Positions 23,004 to 38,000 of a stretch of 64,000 bases of DNA are shown here, one piece after another. Source of the stretch: Nemertoderma westbladi (taxonomy: Eukaryota > Animalia > Xenacoelomorpha); the NCBI GenBank assembly GCA_032718475.1, contig JAUCBJ010004630.1:1-64000 (forward strand), written 5' to 3'. Every line of letters starts with the position of its first letter. Position 1 is the stretch's first letter. The notes under the pieces were generated by a model that was given only the letters and a program-made list of their open reading frames with translations, was not told the origin of the DNA and made no database searches. A program made the translations under genes and the position numbers.

Positions 23004-26000
23004 GATCGAGGCTTTATTTACACTCACACAGATACTTTACACTGCCCCCACTTCGAGACTTTATTTGCACTCACACAGATACTTTACACTGCCCCCACTT
23101 CGAGGCTTTATTTGCACTCACACAGATACTTTACACTGCCCCCACTTCGTGGCTTTATTTACACTCACACAGATACTTTACACTGCCCCCACTTCGAGGC
23201 TTTATTTGCACTCACACAGATACTTTACACGAACCCCCTTCGATCGAGGCTTTATTTGCACTCACACAGATACTTTACACTGCCCAAACTTCGAGGCTTT
23301 ATTTGCACTCACACAGATACTTTACACTGCCCCCACTTCGAGGCTTTATTTGCACTCACACAGATACTTTACACTGCCCCCACTTCGTGGCTTTATTTGC
23401 ACTCACACAGATACTTTACACTGCCCCCACTTCGAGGCTTTATTTGCACTCACACAGATACTTTACACTGCCCCCACTTCGTGGCTTTATTTGCACTCAC
23501 ACAGATACTTTACACTGCCCCCACTTCGAGGCTTTATTTGCACTCACACAGATACTTTACACTGCCCCCACTTCGAGGCTTTATTTACACTCACACAGAT
23601 ACTTTACACGAACCCCCTTCGATCGAGGCTTTATTTGCACTCACACAGATACTTTACACTGCCCCCACTTCGAGGCTTTATTTGCACTCACACAGATACT
23701 TTACACTGCCCCCACTTCGAGGCTTTATTTGCACTCACACAGATACTTTACACTGCCCCCACTTCGAGGCTTTATTTACACTCACACAGATACTTTACAC
23801 TGCCCCCACTTCGTGGCTTTATTTGCACTCACACAGATACTTTACACTGCCCCCACTTCGAGGCTTTATTTGCACTCACACAGATACTTTACACTGCCCC
23901 CCCTTCGAGGCTTTATTTGCACTCACACAGATACTTTATACTGCCCCCACTTCGTGGCTTTATTTGCACTCACACAGATACTTTACACTGCCCCCACTTC
24001 GTGGCTTTATTTGCACTCACACAGATACTTTACACTGCCCCCACTTCGAGGCTTTATTTGCACTCACACAGATACTTTACACGAACCCCCTTCGATCGAG
24101 GCTTTATTTGCACTCACACAGATACTTTACACTGCCCCACTTCGAGACTTTATTTGCACTCACACAGATACTTTACACTGCCCCCACTTCGAGGCTTTAT
24201 TTGCACTCACACAGATACTTTACACTGCCCAAACTTCGAGGCTTTATTTGCACTCACACAGATACTTTACACGAACCCCCTTCGAGGCTTTATTTGCACT
24301 CACACAGATACTTTACACTGCCCCCACTTCGAGGCTTTATTTGCACTCACACAGATACTTTACACGAACCCCCTTCGAGGCTTTATTTGCACTCACACAG
24401 ATACTTTACACTGCCCCCACTTCGAGGCTTTATTTGCACTCACACAGATACTTTACACGAACCCCCTTCGAGGCTTTATTTGCACTCACACAGATACTTT
24501 ACACTGCCCCCACTTCGAGGCTTTATTTGCACTCACACAGATACTTTACACTGCCCCCACTTCGTGGCTTTATTTGCACTCACACAGATACTTTACACTG
24601 CCCCCACTTCGAGGCTTTATTTGCACTCACACAGATACTTTACACTGCCCCCACTTCGTGGCTTTATTTGCACTCACACAGATACTTTACACTGCCCCCA
24701 CTTCGAGGCTTTATTTACACTCACACAGATACTTTACACGAACCCCCTTCGATCGAGGCTTTATTTGCACTCACACAGATACTTTACACTGCCCCCACTT
24801 CGTGGCTTTATTTGCACTCACACAGATACTTTACACTGCCCCCCCTTCGAGGCTTTATTTACACTCACACAGATACTTTACACGAACCCCCTTCGATCGA
24901 GGTTTTATTTACACTCACACAGATACTTTATACTGCCCCCACTTCGAGGCTTTATTTGCACTCACACAGATACTTTACACTGCCCCCACTTCGAGGCTTT
25001 ATTTACACTCACACAGATACTTTACACTGCCCCACTTCGAGGCTTTATTTGCACTCACACACATACTTTATACTGCCCCCACTTCGAGGCTTTATTTGCA
25101 CTCACACAGATACTTTACACGAACCCCCTTCGAGGCTTTATTTACACTCACACAGATACTTTACACGAACCCCCTTCGATCGAGGCTTTATTTGCACTCA
25201 CACAGATACTTTACACTGCCCCCACTTCGAGGCTTTATTTACACTCACACAGATACTTTATACTGCCCCCACTTCGAGGCTTTATTTGCACTCACACAGA
25301 TACTTTATACTGCCCCCACTTCGAGGCTTTATTTGCACTCACACAGATACTTTACACGAACCCCCTTCGATCGAGGTTTTATTTACACTCACACAGATAC
25401 TTTACACTGCCCCCACTTCGAGGCTTTATTTACACTCACACAGATACTTTATACTGCCCCCACTTCGAGGCTTTATTTGCACTCACACAGATACTTTACA
25501 CTGCCCCCCCTTCGTGGCTTTATTTACACTCACACAGATACTTTACACGAACCCCCTTCGATCGAGGCTTTATTTACACTCACACAGATACTTTATACTG
25601 CCCCCACTTCGAGGCTTTATTTGCACTCACACAGATACTTTATACTGCCCCCACTTCGAGGCTTTATTTACACTCACACAGATACTTTATACTGCCCCCA
25701 CTTCGAGGCTTTATTTGCACTCACACAGATACTTTATACTGCCCCCACTTCGAGGCTTTATTTACACTCACACAGATACTTTATACTGCCCCCACTTCGA
25801 GGCTTTATTTGCACTCACACAGATACTTTACACTGCCCCCCCTTCGTGGCTTTATTTACACTCACACAGATACTTTACACGAACCCCCTTCGATCGAGGC
25901 TTTATTTACACTCACACAGATACTTTATACTGCCCCCACTTCGAGACTTTATTTGCACTCACACAGATACTTTACACGAACCCCCTTCGATCGAGGCTTT

Positions 26001-29000
26001 ATTTACACTCACACAGATACTTTACACTGCCCCCACTTCGAGACTTTATTTGCACTCACACAGATACTTTACACTGCCCCCACTTCGAGGCTTTATTTGC
26101 ACTCACACAGATACTTTACACGAACCCCCTTCGATCGAGGCTTTATTTGCACTCACACAGATACTTTACACTGCCCCCACTTCGAGGCTTTATTTGCACT
26201 CACACAGATACTTTACACGAACCCCCTTCGATCGAGGTTTTATTTACACTCACACAGATACTTTACACTGCCCCCACTTCGAGGCTTTATTTGCACTCAC
26301 ACAGATACTTTACACTGCCCCCACTTCGAGACTTTATTTGCACTGACACAGATACTTTACACGAACCCCCTTCGATCGAGGCTTTATTTACACTCACACA
26401 GATACTTTACACTGCCCCCACTTCGAGACTTTATTTGCACTCACACAGATACTTTACACTGCCCCCACTTCGATCGAGGCTTTATTTACACTCACACAGA
26501 TACTTTACACGAACCCCCTTCGATCGAGGCTTTATTTGCACTCACACAGATACTTTACACTGCCCCCACTTCGAGGCTTTATTTGCACTCACACAGATAC
26601 TTTACACGAACCCCCTTCGATCGAGGCTTTATTTACACTCACACAGATACTTTACACGAACCCCCTTCGATCGAGGTTTTATTTACACTCACACAGATAC
26701 TTTACACTGCCCCCACTTCGAGGCTTTATTTACACTCACACAGATACTTTACACTGCCCTCACTTCGAGGCTTTATTTGCACTCACACAGATACTTTACA
26801 CGAACCCCCTTCGAGGCTTTATTTGCACTCACACAGATACTTTACACTGCCCCCACTTCGAGGCTTTATTTGCACTCACACAGATACTTTACACTGCCCC
26901 CACTTCGAGGCTTTATTTGCACTCACACAGATACTTTACACTGCCCCCACTTCGAGACTTTATTTGCACTGACACAGATACTTTACACGAACCCCCTTCG
27001 ATCGAGGCTTTATTTACACTCACACAGATACTTTACACTGCCCCCACTTCGAGGCTTTATTTACACTCACACAGATACTTTACACGAACCCCCTTCGATC
27101 GAGGTTTTATTTACACTCACACAGATACTTTACACTGCCCCCACTTCGAGGCTTTATTTACACTCACACAGATACTTTACACTGCCCTCACTTCGAGGCT
27201 TTATTTGCACTCACACAGATACTTTACACGAACCCCCTTCGATCGAGGCTTTATTTACACTCACACAGATACTTTACACTGCCCCCACTTCGAGGCTTTA
27301 TTTACACTCACACAGATACTTTACACTGCCCTCACTTCGAGGCTTTATTTGCACTCACACAGATACTTTACACGAACCCCCTTCGATCGAGGTTTTATTT
27401 ACACTCACACAGATACTTTACACTGCCCCCACTTCGAGGCTTTATTTACACTCACACAGATACTTTACACTGCCCCCACTTCGAGGCTTTATTTACACTC
27501 ACACAGATACTTTACACTGCCCCCACTTCGAGGCTTTATTTACACTCACACAGATACTTTACACGAACCCCCTTCGATCGAGGTTTTATTTACACTCACA
27601 CAGATACTTTACACTGCCCCCACTTCGAGGCTTTATTTGCACTCACACAGATACTTTACACGAACCCCCTTCGATCGAGGTTTTATTTGCACTCACACAG
27701 ATACTTTACACTGCCCCCACTTCGAGGCTTTATTTGCACTCACACAGATACTTTACACGAACCCCCTTCGATCGAGGTTTTATTTACACTCACACAGATA
27801 CTTTACACTGCCCCCACTTCGAGGCTTTATTTGCACTCACACAGATACTTTATACTGCCCCCACTTCGAGGCTTTATTTGCACTCACACAGATACTTTAC
27901 ACGAACCCCCTTCGATCGAGGTTTTATTTACACTCACACAGATACTTTACACTGCCCCCACTTCGAGGCTTTATTTGCACTCACACAGATACTTTACACT
28001 GCCCCCACTTCGAGGCTTTATTTGCACTCACACAGATACTTTACACGAACCCCCTTCGATCGAGGTTTTATTTGCACTCACACAGATACTTTACACTGCC
28101 CCCACTTCGAGGCTTTATTTGCACTCACACAGATACTTTACACGAACCCCCTTCGATCGAGGTTTTATTTACACTCACACAGATACTTTACACTGCCCCC
28201 ACTTCGAGGCTTTATTTACACTCACACAGATACTTTACACGAACCCCCTTCGATCGAGGCTTTATTTACACTCACACAGATACTTTACACGAACCCCCTT
28301 CGATCGAGGCTTTATTTACACTCACACAGATACTTTACACTGCCCCCACTTCGAGGCTTTATTTGCACTCACACAGATACTTTACACTGCCCCCACTTCG
28401 AGGCTTTATTTGCACTCACACAGATACTTTACACGAACCCCCTTCGATCGAGGTTTTATTTACACTCACACAGATACTTTACACTGCCCCCACTTCGAGG
28501 CTTTATTTACACTCACACAGATACTTTACACTGCCCCCACTTCGAGGCTTTATTTGCACTCACACAGATACTTTACACTGCCCCCACTTCGAGGCTTTAT
28601 TTGCACTCACACAGATACTTTACACGAACCCCCTTCGATCGAGGTTTTATTTACACTCACACAGATACTTTACACTGCCCCCACTTCGAGGCTTTATTTG
28701 CACTCACACAGATACTTTATACTGCCCCCACTTCGAGGCTTTATTTGCACTCACACAGATACTTTACACGAACCCCCTTCGATCGAGGTTTTATTTACAC
28801 TCACACAGATACTTTACACTGCCCCCACTTCGTGGCTTTATTTGCACTCACACAGATACTTTACACTGCCCCCACTTCGAGGCTTTATTTGCACTCACAC
28901 AGATACTTTACACGAACCCCCTTCGATCGAGGTTTTATTTACACTCACACAGATACTTTACACTGCCCCCACTTCGAGGCTTTATTTACACTCACACAGA

Positions 29001-32000
29001 TACTTTACACTGCCCTCACTTCGAGGCTTTATTTACACTCACACAGATACTTTACACTGCCCCCACTTCGAGGCTTTATTTGCACTCACACAGATACTTT
29101 ACACTGCCCCACTTCGAGACTTTATTTACACTCACACAGATACTTTACACGAACCCCCTTCGATCGAGGTTTTATTTACACTCACACAGATACTTTACAC
29201 TGCCCCACTTCGAGACTTTATTTACACTCACACAGATACTTTACACGAACCCCCTTCGATCGAGGCTTTATTTACACTCACACAGATACTTTACACTGCC
29301 CCCACTTCGAGGCTTTATTTGCACTCACACAGATACTTTACACTGCCCCACTTCGAGACTTTATTTGCACTCACACAGATACTTTACACTGCCCCCACTT
29401 CGAGGCTTTATTTGCACTCACACAGATACTTTACACTGCCCCCACTTCGAGGCTTTATTTGCACTCACACAGATACTTTACACTGCCCCCACTTCGAGGC
29501 TTTATTTGCACTCACACAGATACTTTACACTGCCCCCACTTCGAGGCTTTATTTGCACTCACACAGATACTTTACACGAACCCCCTTCGAGGCTTTATTT
29601 GCACTCACACAGATACTTTACACTGCCCCCACTTCGAGGCTTTATTTACACTCACACATATACTTTACACTGCCCCCACTTCGAGGCTTTATTTACACTC
29701 ACACAGATACTTTACACGAACCCCCTTCGAGGCTTTATTTGCACTCACACAGATACTTTACACTGCCCCCACTTCGAGGCTTTATTTACACTCACACATA
29801 TACTTTACACTGCCCCCACTTCGAGGCTTTATTTACACTCACACAGATACTTTACACTGCCCCCACTTCGAGGCTTTATTTGCACTCACACAGATACTTT
29901 ACACGAACCCCCTTCGAGGCTTTATTTGCACTCACACAGATACTTTACACTGCCCCCACTTCGAGGCTTTATTTGCACTCACACAGATACTTTACACTGC
30001 CCCCACTTCGAGGCTTTATTTACACTCACACAGATACTTTACACTGCCCCACTTCGAGACTTTATTTACACTCACACAGATACTTTACACGAACCCCCTT
30101 CGATCGAGGTTTTATTTACACTCACACAGATACTTTACACTGCCCCACTTCGAGACTTTATTTGCACTCACACAGATACTTTACACTGCCCCCACTTCGA
30201 GGCTTTATTTGCACTCACACAGATACTTTACACGAACCCCCTTCGAGGCTTTATTTGCACTCACACAGATACTTTACACTGCCCCCACTTCGAGGCTTTA
30301 TTTACACTCACACATATACTTTACACTGCCCCCACTTCGAGGCTTTATTTACACTCACACAGATACTTTACACTGCCCCCACTTCGAGGCTTTATTTACA
30401 CTCACACAGATACTTTACACTGCCCCCACTTCGAGGCTTTATTTGCACTCACACAGATACTTTACACGAACCCCCTTCGAGGCTTTATTTGCACTCACAC
30501 AGATACTTTACACTGCCCCCACTTCGAGGCTTTATTTACACTCACACATATACTTTACACTGCCCCCACTTCGAGGCTTTATTTACACTCACACAGATAC
30601 TTTACACTGCCCCCACTTCGAGGCTTTATTTGCACTCACACAGATACTTTACACTGCCCCCACTTCGAGGCTTTATTTACACTCACACAGATACTTTACA
30701 CTGCCCCCACTTCGAGGCTTTATTTGCACTCACACAGATACTTTACACGAACCCCCTTCGAGGCTTTATTTGCACTCACACAGATACTTTACACTGCCCC
30801 CACTTCGAGGCTTTATTTACACTCACACAGATACTTTACACTGCCCCCACTTCGAGGCTTTATTTGCACTCACACAGATACTTTACACGAACCCCCTTCG
30901 AGGCTTTATTTGCACTCACACAGATACTTTACACTGCCCCCACTTCGAGGCTTTATTTACACTCACACATATACTTTACACTGCCCCCACTTCGAGGCTT
31001 TATTTGCACTCACACAGATACTTTACACGAACCCCCTTCGATCGAGGTTTTATTTACACTCACACAGATACTTTATACTGCCCCCACTTCGAGGCTTTAT
31101 TTGCACTCACACAGATACTTTACACTGCCCCCACTTCGAGGCTTTATTTACACTCACACAGATACTTTACACGAACCCCCTTCGATCGAGGTTTTATTTA
31201 CACTCACACAAATACTTTACACTGCCCCCACTTCGAGGCTTTATTTACACTCACACAGATACTTTACACTGCCCTCACTTCGAGGCTTTATTTACACTCA
31301 CACAGATACTTTACACGAACCCCCTTCGATCGAGGTTTTATTTACACTCACACAGATACTTTACACTGCCCCCACTTCGAGGCTTTATTTACACTCACAC
31401 AGATACTTTACACTGCCCTCACTTCGAGGCTTTATTTACACTCACACAGATACTTTACACTGCCCCCACTTCGAGGCTTTATTTGCACTCACACAGATAC
31501 TTTATACTGCCCCACTTCGAGACTTTATTTACACTCACACAGATACTTTACACTGCCCCCACTTCGAGACTTTATTTGCACTCACACAGATACTTTACAC
31601 TGCCCCCACTTCGAGGCTTTATTTGCACTCACACAGATACTTTACACTGCCCCCACTTCGAGACTTTATTTGCACTCACACAGATACTTTACACTGCCCC
31701 CACTTCGAGGCTTTATTTGCACTCACACAGATACTTTACACTGCCCCCACTTCGAGACTTTATTTGCACTCACACAGATACTTTACACTGCCCCCACTTC
31801 GAGGCTTTATTTGCACTCACACAGATACTTTACACTGCCCCCACTTCGAGACTTTATTTACACTCACACAGATACTTTACACTGCCCCCACTTCGAGGTT
31901 TTATTTACACTCACACAGATACTTTACACTGCCCCCACTTCGAGGCTTTATTTGCACTCACACAGATACTTTACACGAACCCCCTTCGATCGAGGCTTTA

Positions 32001-35000
32001 TTTGCACTCACACAGATACTTTACACTGCCCCCACTTCGAGGCTTTATTTGCACTCACACAGATACTTTACACTGCCCCCACTTCGAGGCTTTATTTGCA
32101 CTCACACAGATACTTTACACTGCCCCCACTTCGAGGCTTTATTTGCACTCACACAGATACTTTACACTGCCCCCACTTCGTGGCTTTATTTGCACTCACA
32201 CAGATACTTTACACTGCCCCCACTTCGAGGCTTTATTTGCACTCACACAGATACTTTACACTGCCCCCACTTCGAGGCTTTATTTGCACTCACACAGATA
32301 CTTTATACTGCCCCCACTTCGAGGCTTTATTTACACTCACACAGATACTTTACACTGCCCCCACTTCGAGGCTTTATTTGCACTCACACAGATACTTTAC
32401 ACTGCCCCCACTTCGAGGCTTTATTTGCACTCACACAGATACTTTATACTGCCCCCACTTCGAGGCTTTATTTACACTCACACAGATACTTTACACGAAC
32501 CCCCTTCGATCGAGGCTTTATTTACACTCACACAGATACTTTACACGAACCCCCTTCGATCGAGGCTTTATTTGCACTCACACAGATACTTTATACTGCC
32601 CCCACTTCGAGGCTTTATTTGCACTCACACAGATACTTTATACTGCCCCCACTTCGAGGCTTTATTTGCACTCACACAGATACTTTACACTGCCCCCACT
32701 TCGAGGCTTTATTTACACTCACACAGATACTTTACACTGCCCCCACTTCGAGGCTTTATTTACACTCACACAGATACTTTACACGAACCCCCTTCGATCG
32801 AGGCTTTATTTGCACTCACACAGATACTTTACACTGCCCCCACTTCGAGGCTTTATTTACACTCACACAGATACTTTACACTGCCCCCACTTCGAGGCTT
32901 TATTTACACTCACACAGATACTTTACACGAACCCCCTTCGATCGAGGCTTTATTTGCACTCACACAGATACTTTACACTGCCCCCACTTCGAGGCTTTAT
33001 TTACACTCACACAGATACTTTACACGAACCCCCTTCGAGGCTTTATTTGCACTCACACAGATACTTTACACTGCCCCCACTTCGAGGCTTTATTTACACT
33101 CACACAGATACTTTACACTGCCCCCACTTCGAGGCTTTATTTACACTCACACAGATACTTTACACTGCCCCCACTTCGAGGCTCTATTTGCACTCACACA
33201 GATACTTTACACGAACCCCCTTCGAGGCTCTATTTGCACTCACACAGATACTTTACACTGCCCCCACTTCGAGGCTTTATTTACACTCACACAGATACTT
33301 TACACTGCCCCCACTTCGAGGCTTTATTTACACTCACACAGATACTTTACACTGCCCCCACTTCGAGGCTCTATTTGCACTCACACAGATACTTTACACT
33401 GCCCCCACTTCGAGGCTCTATTTGCACTCACACAGATACTTTACACGAACCCCCTTCGATCGAGGCTTTATTTGCACTCACACAGATACTTTACACTGCC
33501 CCCACTTCGAGACTTTATTTGCACTCACACAGATACTTTACACTGTCCCCACTTCGAGGCTTTATTTGCACTCACACAGATACTTTACACTGCCCCCACT
33601 TCGAGGCTTTATTTGCACTCACACAGATACTTTACACTGTCCCCACTTCGAGGCTTTATTTACACTCACACAGATACTTTACACGAACCCCCTTCGATCG
33701 AGGCTTTATTTACACTCACACAGATACTTTACACTGCCCCCACTTCGAGGCTTTATTTGCACTCACACAGATACTTTACACTGCCCCCACTTCGAGGCTT
33801 TATTTGCACTCACACAGATACTTTACACTGCCCCCACTTCGAGGCTTTATTTGCACTCACACAGATACTTTACACTGCCCCCACTTCGAGGCTTTATTTG
33901 CACTCACACAGATACTTTACACTGCCCCCACTTCGAGGCTTTATTTGCACTCACACAGATACTTTACACTGCCCCCACTTCGAGTCTTTATTTACACTCA
34001 CACAGATACTTTACACGAACCCCCTTCGATCGAGGCTTTATTTACACTCACACAGATACTTTACACTGCCCCCACTTCGAGGCTTTATTTGCACTCACAC
34101 AGATACTTTACACTGCCCCCACTTCGAGGCTTTATTTGCACTCACACAGATACTTTACACTGCCCCCACTTCGAGGCTTTATTTACACTCACACAGATAC
34201 TTTACACTGCCCCCACTTCGAGGCTTTATTTGCACTCACACAGATACTTTACACTGCCCCCACTTCGAGTCTTTATTTACACTCACACAGATACTTTACA
34301 CGAACCCCCTTCGATCGAGGCTTTATTTACACTCACACAGATACTTTACACTGCCCCCACTTCGAGGCTTTATTTACACTCACACAGATACTTTACACTG
34401 CCCCCACTTCGAGGCTTTATTTGCACTCACACAGATACTTTACACTGCCCCCACTTCGAGTCTTTATTTACACTCACACAGATACTTTACACGAACCCCC
34501 TTCGATCGAGGCTTTATTTGCACTCACACAGATACTTTACACTGCCCCCACTTCGAGGCTTTATTTACACTCACACAGATACTTTACACGAACCCCCTTC
34601 GATCGAGGCTTTATTTGCACTCACACAGATACTTTACACTGCCCCCACTTCGAGGCTTTATTTACACTCACACAGATACTTTACACGAACCCCCTTCGAT
34701 CGAGGCTTTATTTGCACTCACACAGATACTTTACACTGCCCCCACTTCGAGGCTTTATTTGCACTCACACAGATACTTTACACTGCCCCCACTTCGAGGC
34801 TTTATTTACACTCACACAGATACTTTACACGAACCCCCTTCGATCGAGGCTTTATTTGCACTCACACAGATACTTTACACTGCCCCCACTTCGAGGCTTT
34901 ATTTGCACTCACACAGATACTTTACACTGCCCCCACTTCGAGGCTTTATTTACACTCACACAGATACTTTACACGAACCCCCTTCGATCGAGGCTTTATT

Positions 35001-38000
35001 TGCACTCACACAGATACTTTACACGAACCCCCTTCGATCGAGGCTTTATTTGCACTCACACAGATACTTTACACGAACCCCCTTCGATCGAGGCTTTATT
35101 TGCACTCACACAGATACTTTACACTGCCCCCACTTCGAGGCTTTATTTACACTCACACAGATACTTTACACGAACCCCCTTCGATCGAGGCTTTATTTGC
35201 ACTCACACAGATACTTTACACGAACCCCCTTCGATCGAGGCTTTATTTGCACTCACACAGATACTTTACACTGCCCCCACTTCGAGGCTTTATTTGCACT
35301 CACACAGATACTTTACACGAACCCCCTTCGATCGAGGCTTTATTTGCACTCACACAGATACTTTACACTGCCCCCACTTCGAGGCTTTATTTGCACTCAC
35401 ACAGATACTTTACACTGCCCCCACTTCGAGGCTTTATTTACACTCACACAGATACTTTACACTGCCCCCACTTCGAGGCTTTATTTACACTCACACAGAT
35501 ACTTTACACTGCCCCCACTTCGAGGCTTTATTTACACTCACACAGATACTTTACACGAACCCCCTTCGATCGAGGCTTTATTTGCACTCACACAGATACT
35601 TTACACTGCCCCACTTCGAGGCTTTATTTACACTCACACAGATACTTTACACGAACCCCCTTCGATCGAGGCTTTATTTGCACTCACACAGATACTTTAC
35701 ACTGCCCCCACTTCGAGGCTTTATTTACACTCACACAGATACTTTACACTGCCCCCACTTCGAGGCTTTATTTACACTCACACAGATACTTTACACTGCC
35801 CCCACTTCGAGGCTTTATTTACACTCACACAGATACTTTACACGAACCCCCTTCGATCGAGGCTTTATTTGCACTCACACAGATACTTTACACTGCCCCC
35901 ACTTCGAGGCTTTATTTACACTCACACAGATACTTTACACTGCCCCCACTTCGAGGCTTTATTTACACTCACACAGATACTTTACACTGCCCCCACTTCG
36001 AGGCTTTATTTACACTCACACAGATACTTTACACGAACCCCCTTCGATCGAGGCTTTATTTGCACTCACACAGATACTTTACACTGCCCCACTTCGAGGC
36101 TTTATTTACACTCACACAGATACTTTCCCTTTCCCCACTTCGAGGCTTTATTTGCACTCACACAGATACTTTACACTGCCCCCACTTCGAGGCTTTATTT
36201 ACACTCACACAGATACTTTACACGAACCCCCTTCGATCGAGGCTTTATTTGCACTCACACAGATACTTTACACTGCCCCCACTTCGAGGCTTTATTTGCA
36301 CTCACACAGATACTTTACACTGCCCCCACTTCGAGGCTTTATTTACACTCACACAGATACTTTACACGAACCCCCTTCGATCGAGGCTTTATTTGCACTC
36401 ACACAGATACTTTACACTGCCCCCACTTCGAGGCTTTATTTGCTCTCACACAGATACTTTACACGAACCCCCTTCGATCGAGGCTTTATTTGCACTCACA
36501 CAGATACTTTATACTGCCCCCACTTCGAGGCTTTATTTACACTCACACAGATACTTTACACGAACCCCCTTCGATCGAGGCTTTATTTACACTCACACAG
36601 ATACTTTCCCTTTCCCCACTTCGAGGCTTTATTTGCACTCACACAGATACTTTACACTGCCCCCACTTCGAGGCTTTATTTACACTCACACAGATACTTT
36701 ACACGAACCCCCTTCGATCGAGGCTTTATTTGCACTCACACAGATACTTTACACTGCCCCCACTTCGAGGCTTTATTTGCACTCACACAGATACTTTACA
36801 CTGCCCCCACTTCGAGGCTTTATTTACACTCACACAGATACTTTACACGAACCCCCTTCGATCGAGGCTTTATTTGCACTCACACAGATACTTTACACTG
36901 CCCCCACTTCGAGGCTTTATTTGCTCTCACACAGATACTTTACACGAACCCCCTTCGATCGAGGCTTTATTTGCACTCACACAGATACTTTATACTGCCC
37001 CCACTTCGAGGCTTTATTTACACTCACACAGATACTTTACACGAACCCCCTTCGATCGAGGCTTTATTTGCTCTCACACAGATACTTTACACGAACCCCC
37101 TTCGATCGAGGCTTTATTTGCACTCACACAGATACTTTACACTGCCCCCACTTCGAGGCTTTATTTGCTCTCACACAGATACTTTACACGAACCCCCTTC
37201 GATCGAGGCTTTATTTGCTCTCACACAGATACTTTACACGAACCCCCTTCGATCGAGGCTTTATTTGCACTCACACAGATACTTTATACTGCCCCCACTT
37301 CGAGGCTTTATTTACACTCACACAGATACTTTACACGAACCCCCTTCGATCGAGGCTTTATTTGCTCTCACACAGATACTTTACACTGCCCCCACTTCGA
37401 GGCTTTATTTGCTCTCACACAGATACTTTACACTGCCCCCACTTCGAGGCTTTATTTACACTCACACAGATACTTTACACGAACCCCCTTCGATCGAGGC
37501 TTTATTTGCTCTCACACAGATACTTTACACGAACCCCCTTCGATCGAGGCTTTATTTACACTCACACAGATACTTTACACTGCCCCCACTTCGAGGCTTT
37601 ATTTGCACTCACACAGATACTTTACACTGCCCCCACTTCGAGGCTTTATTTGCACTCACACAGATACTTTACACTGCCCCCACTTCGAGGCTTTATTTGC
37701 ACTCACACAGATACTTTACACGAACCCCCTTCGATCGAGGCTTTATTTGCACTCACACAGATACTTTACACGAACCCCCTTCGATCGAGGCTTTATTTGC
37801 ACTCACACAGATACTTTATACTGCCCCCACTTCGAGGCTTTATTTGCACTCACACAGATACTTTACACTGCCCCCACTTCGAGGCTTTATTTGCTCTCAC
37901 ACAGATACTTTACACTGCCCCCACTTCGAGGCTTTATTTGCACTCACACAGATACTTTACACGAACCCCCTTCGATCGAGGCTTTATTTGCTCTCACACA

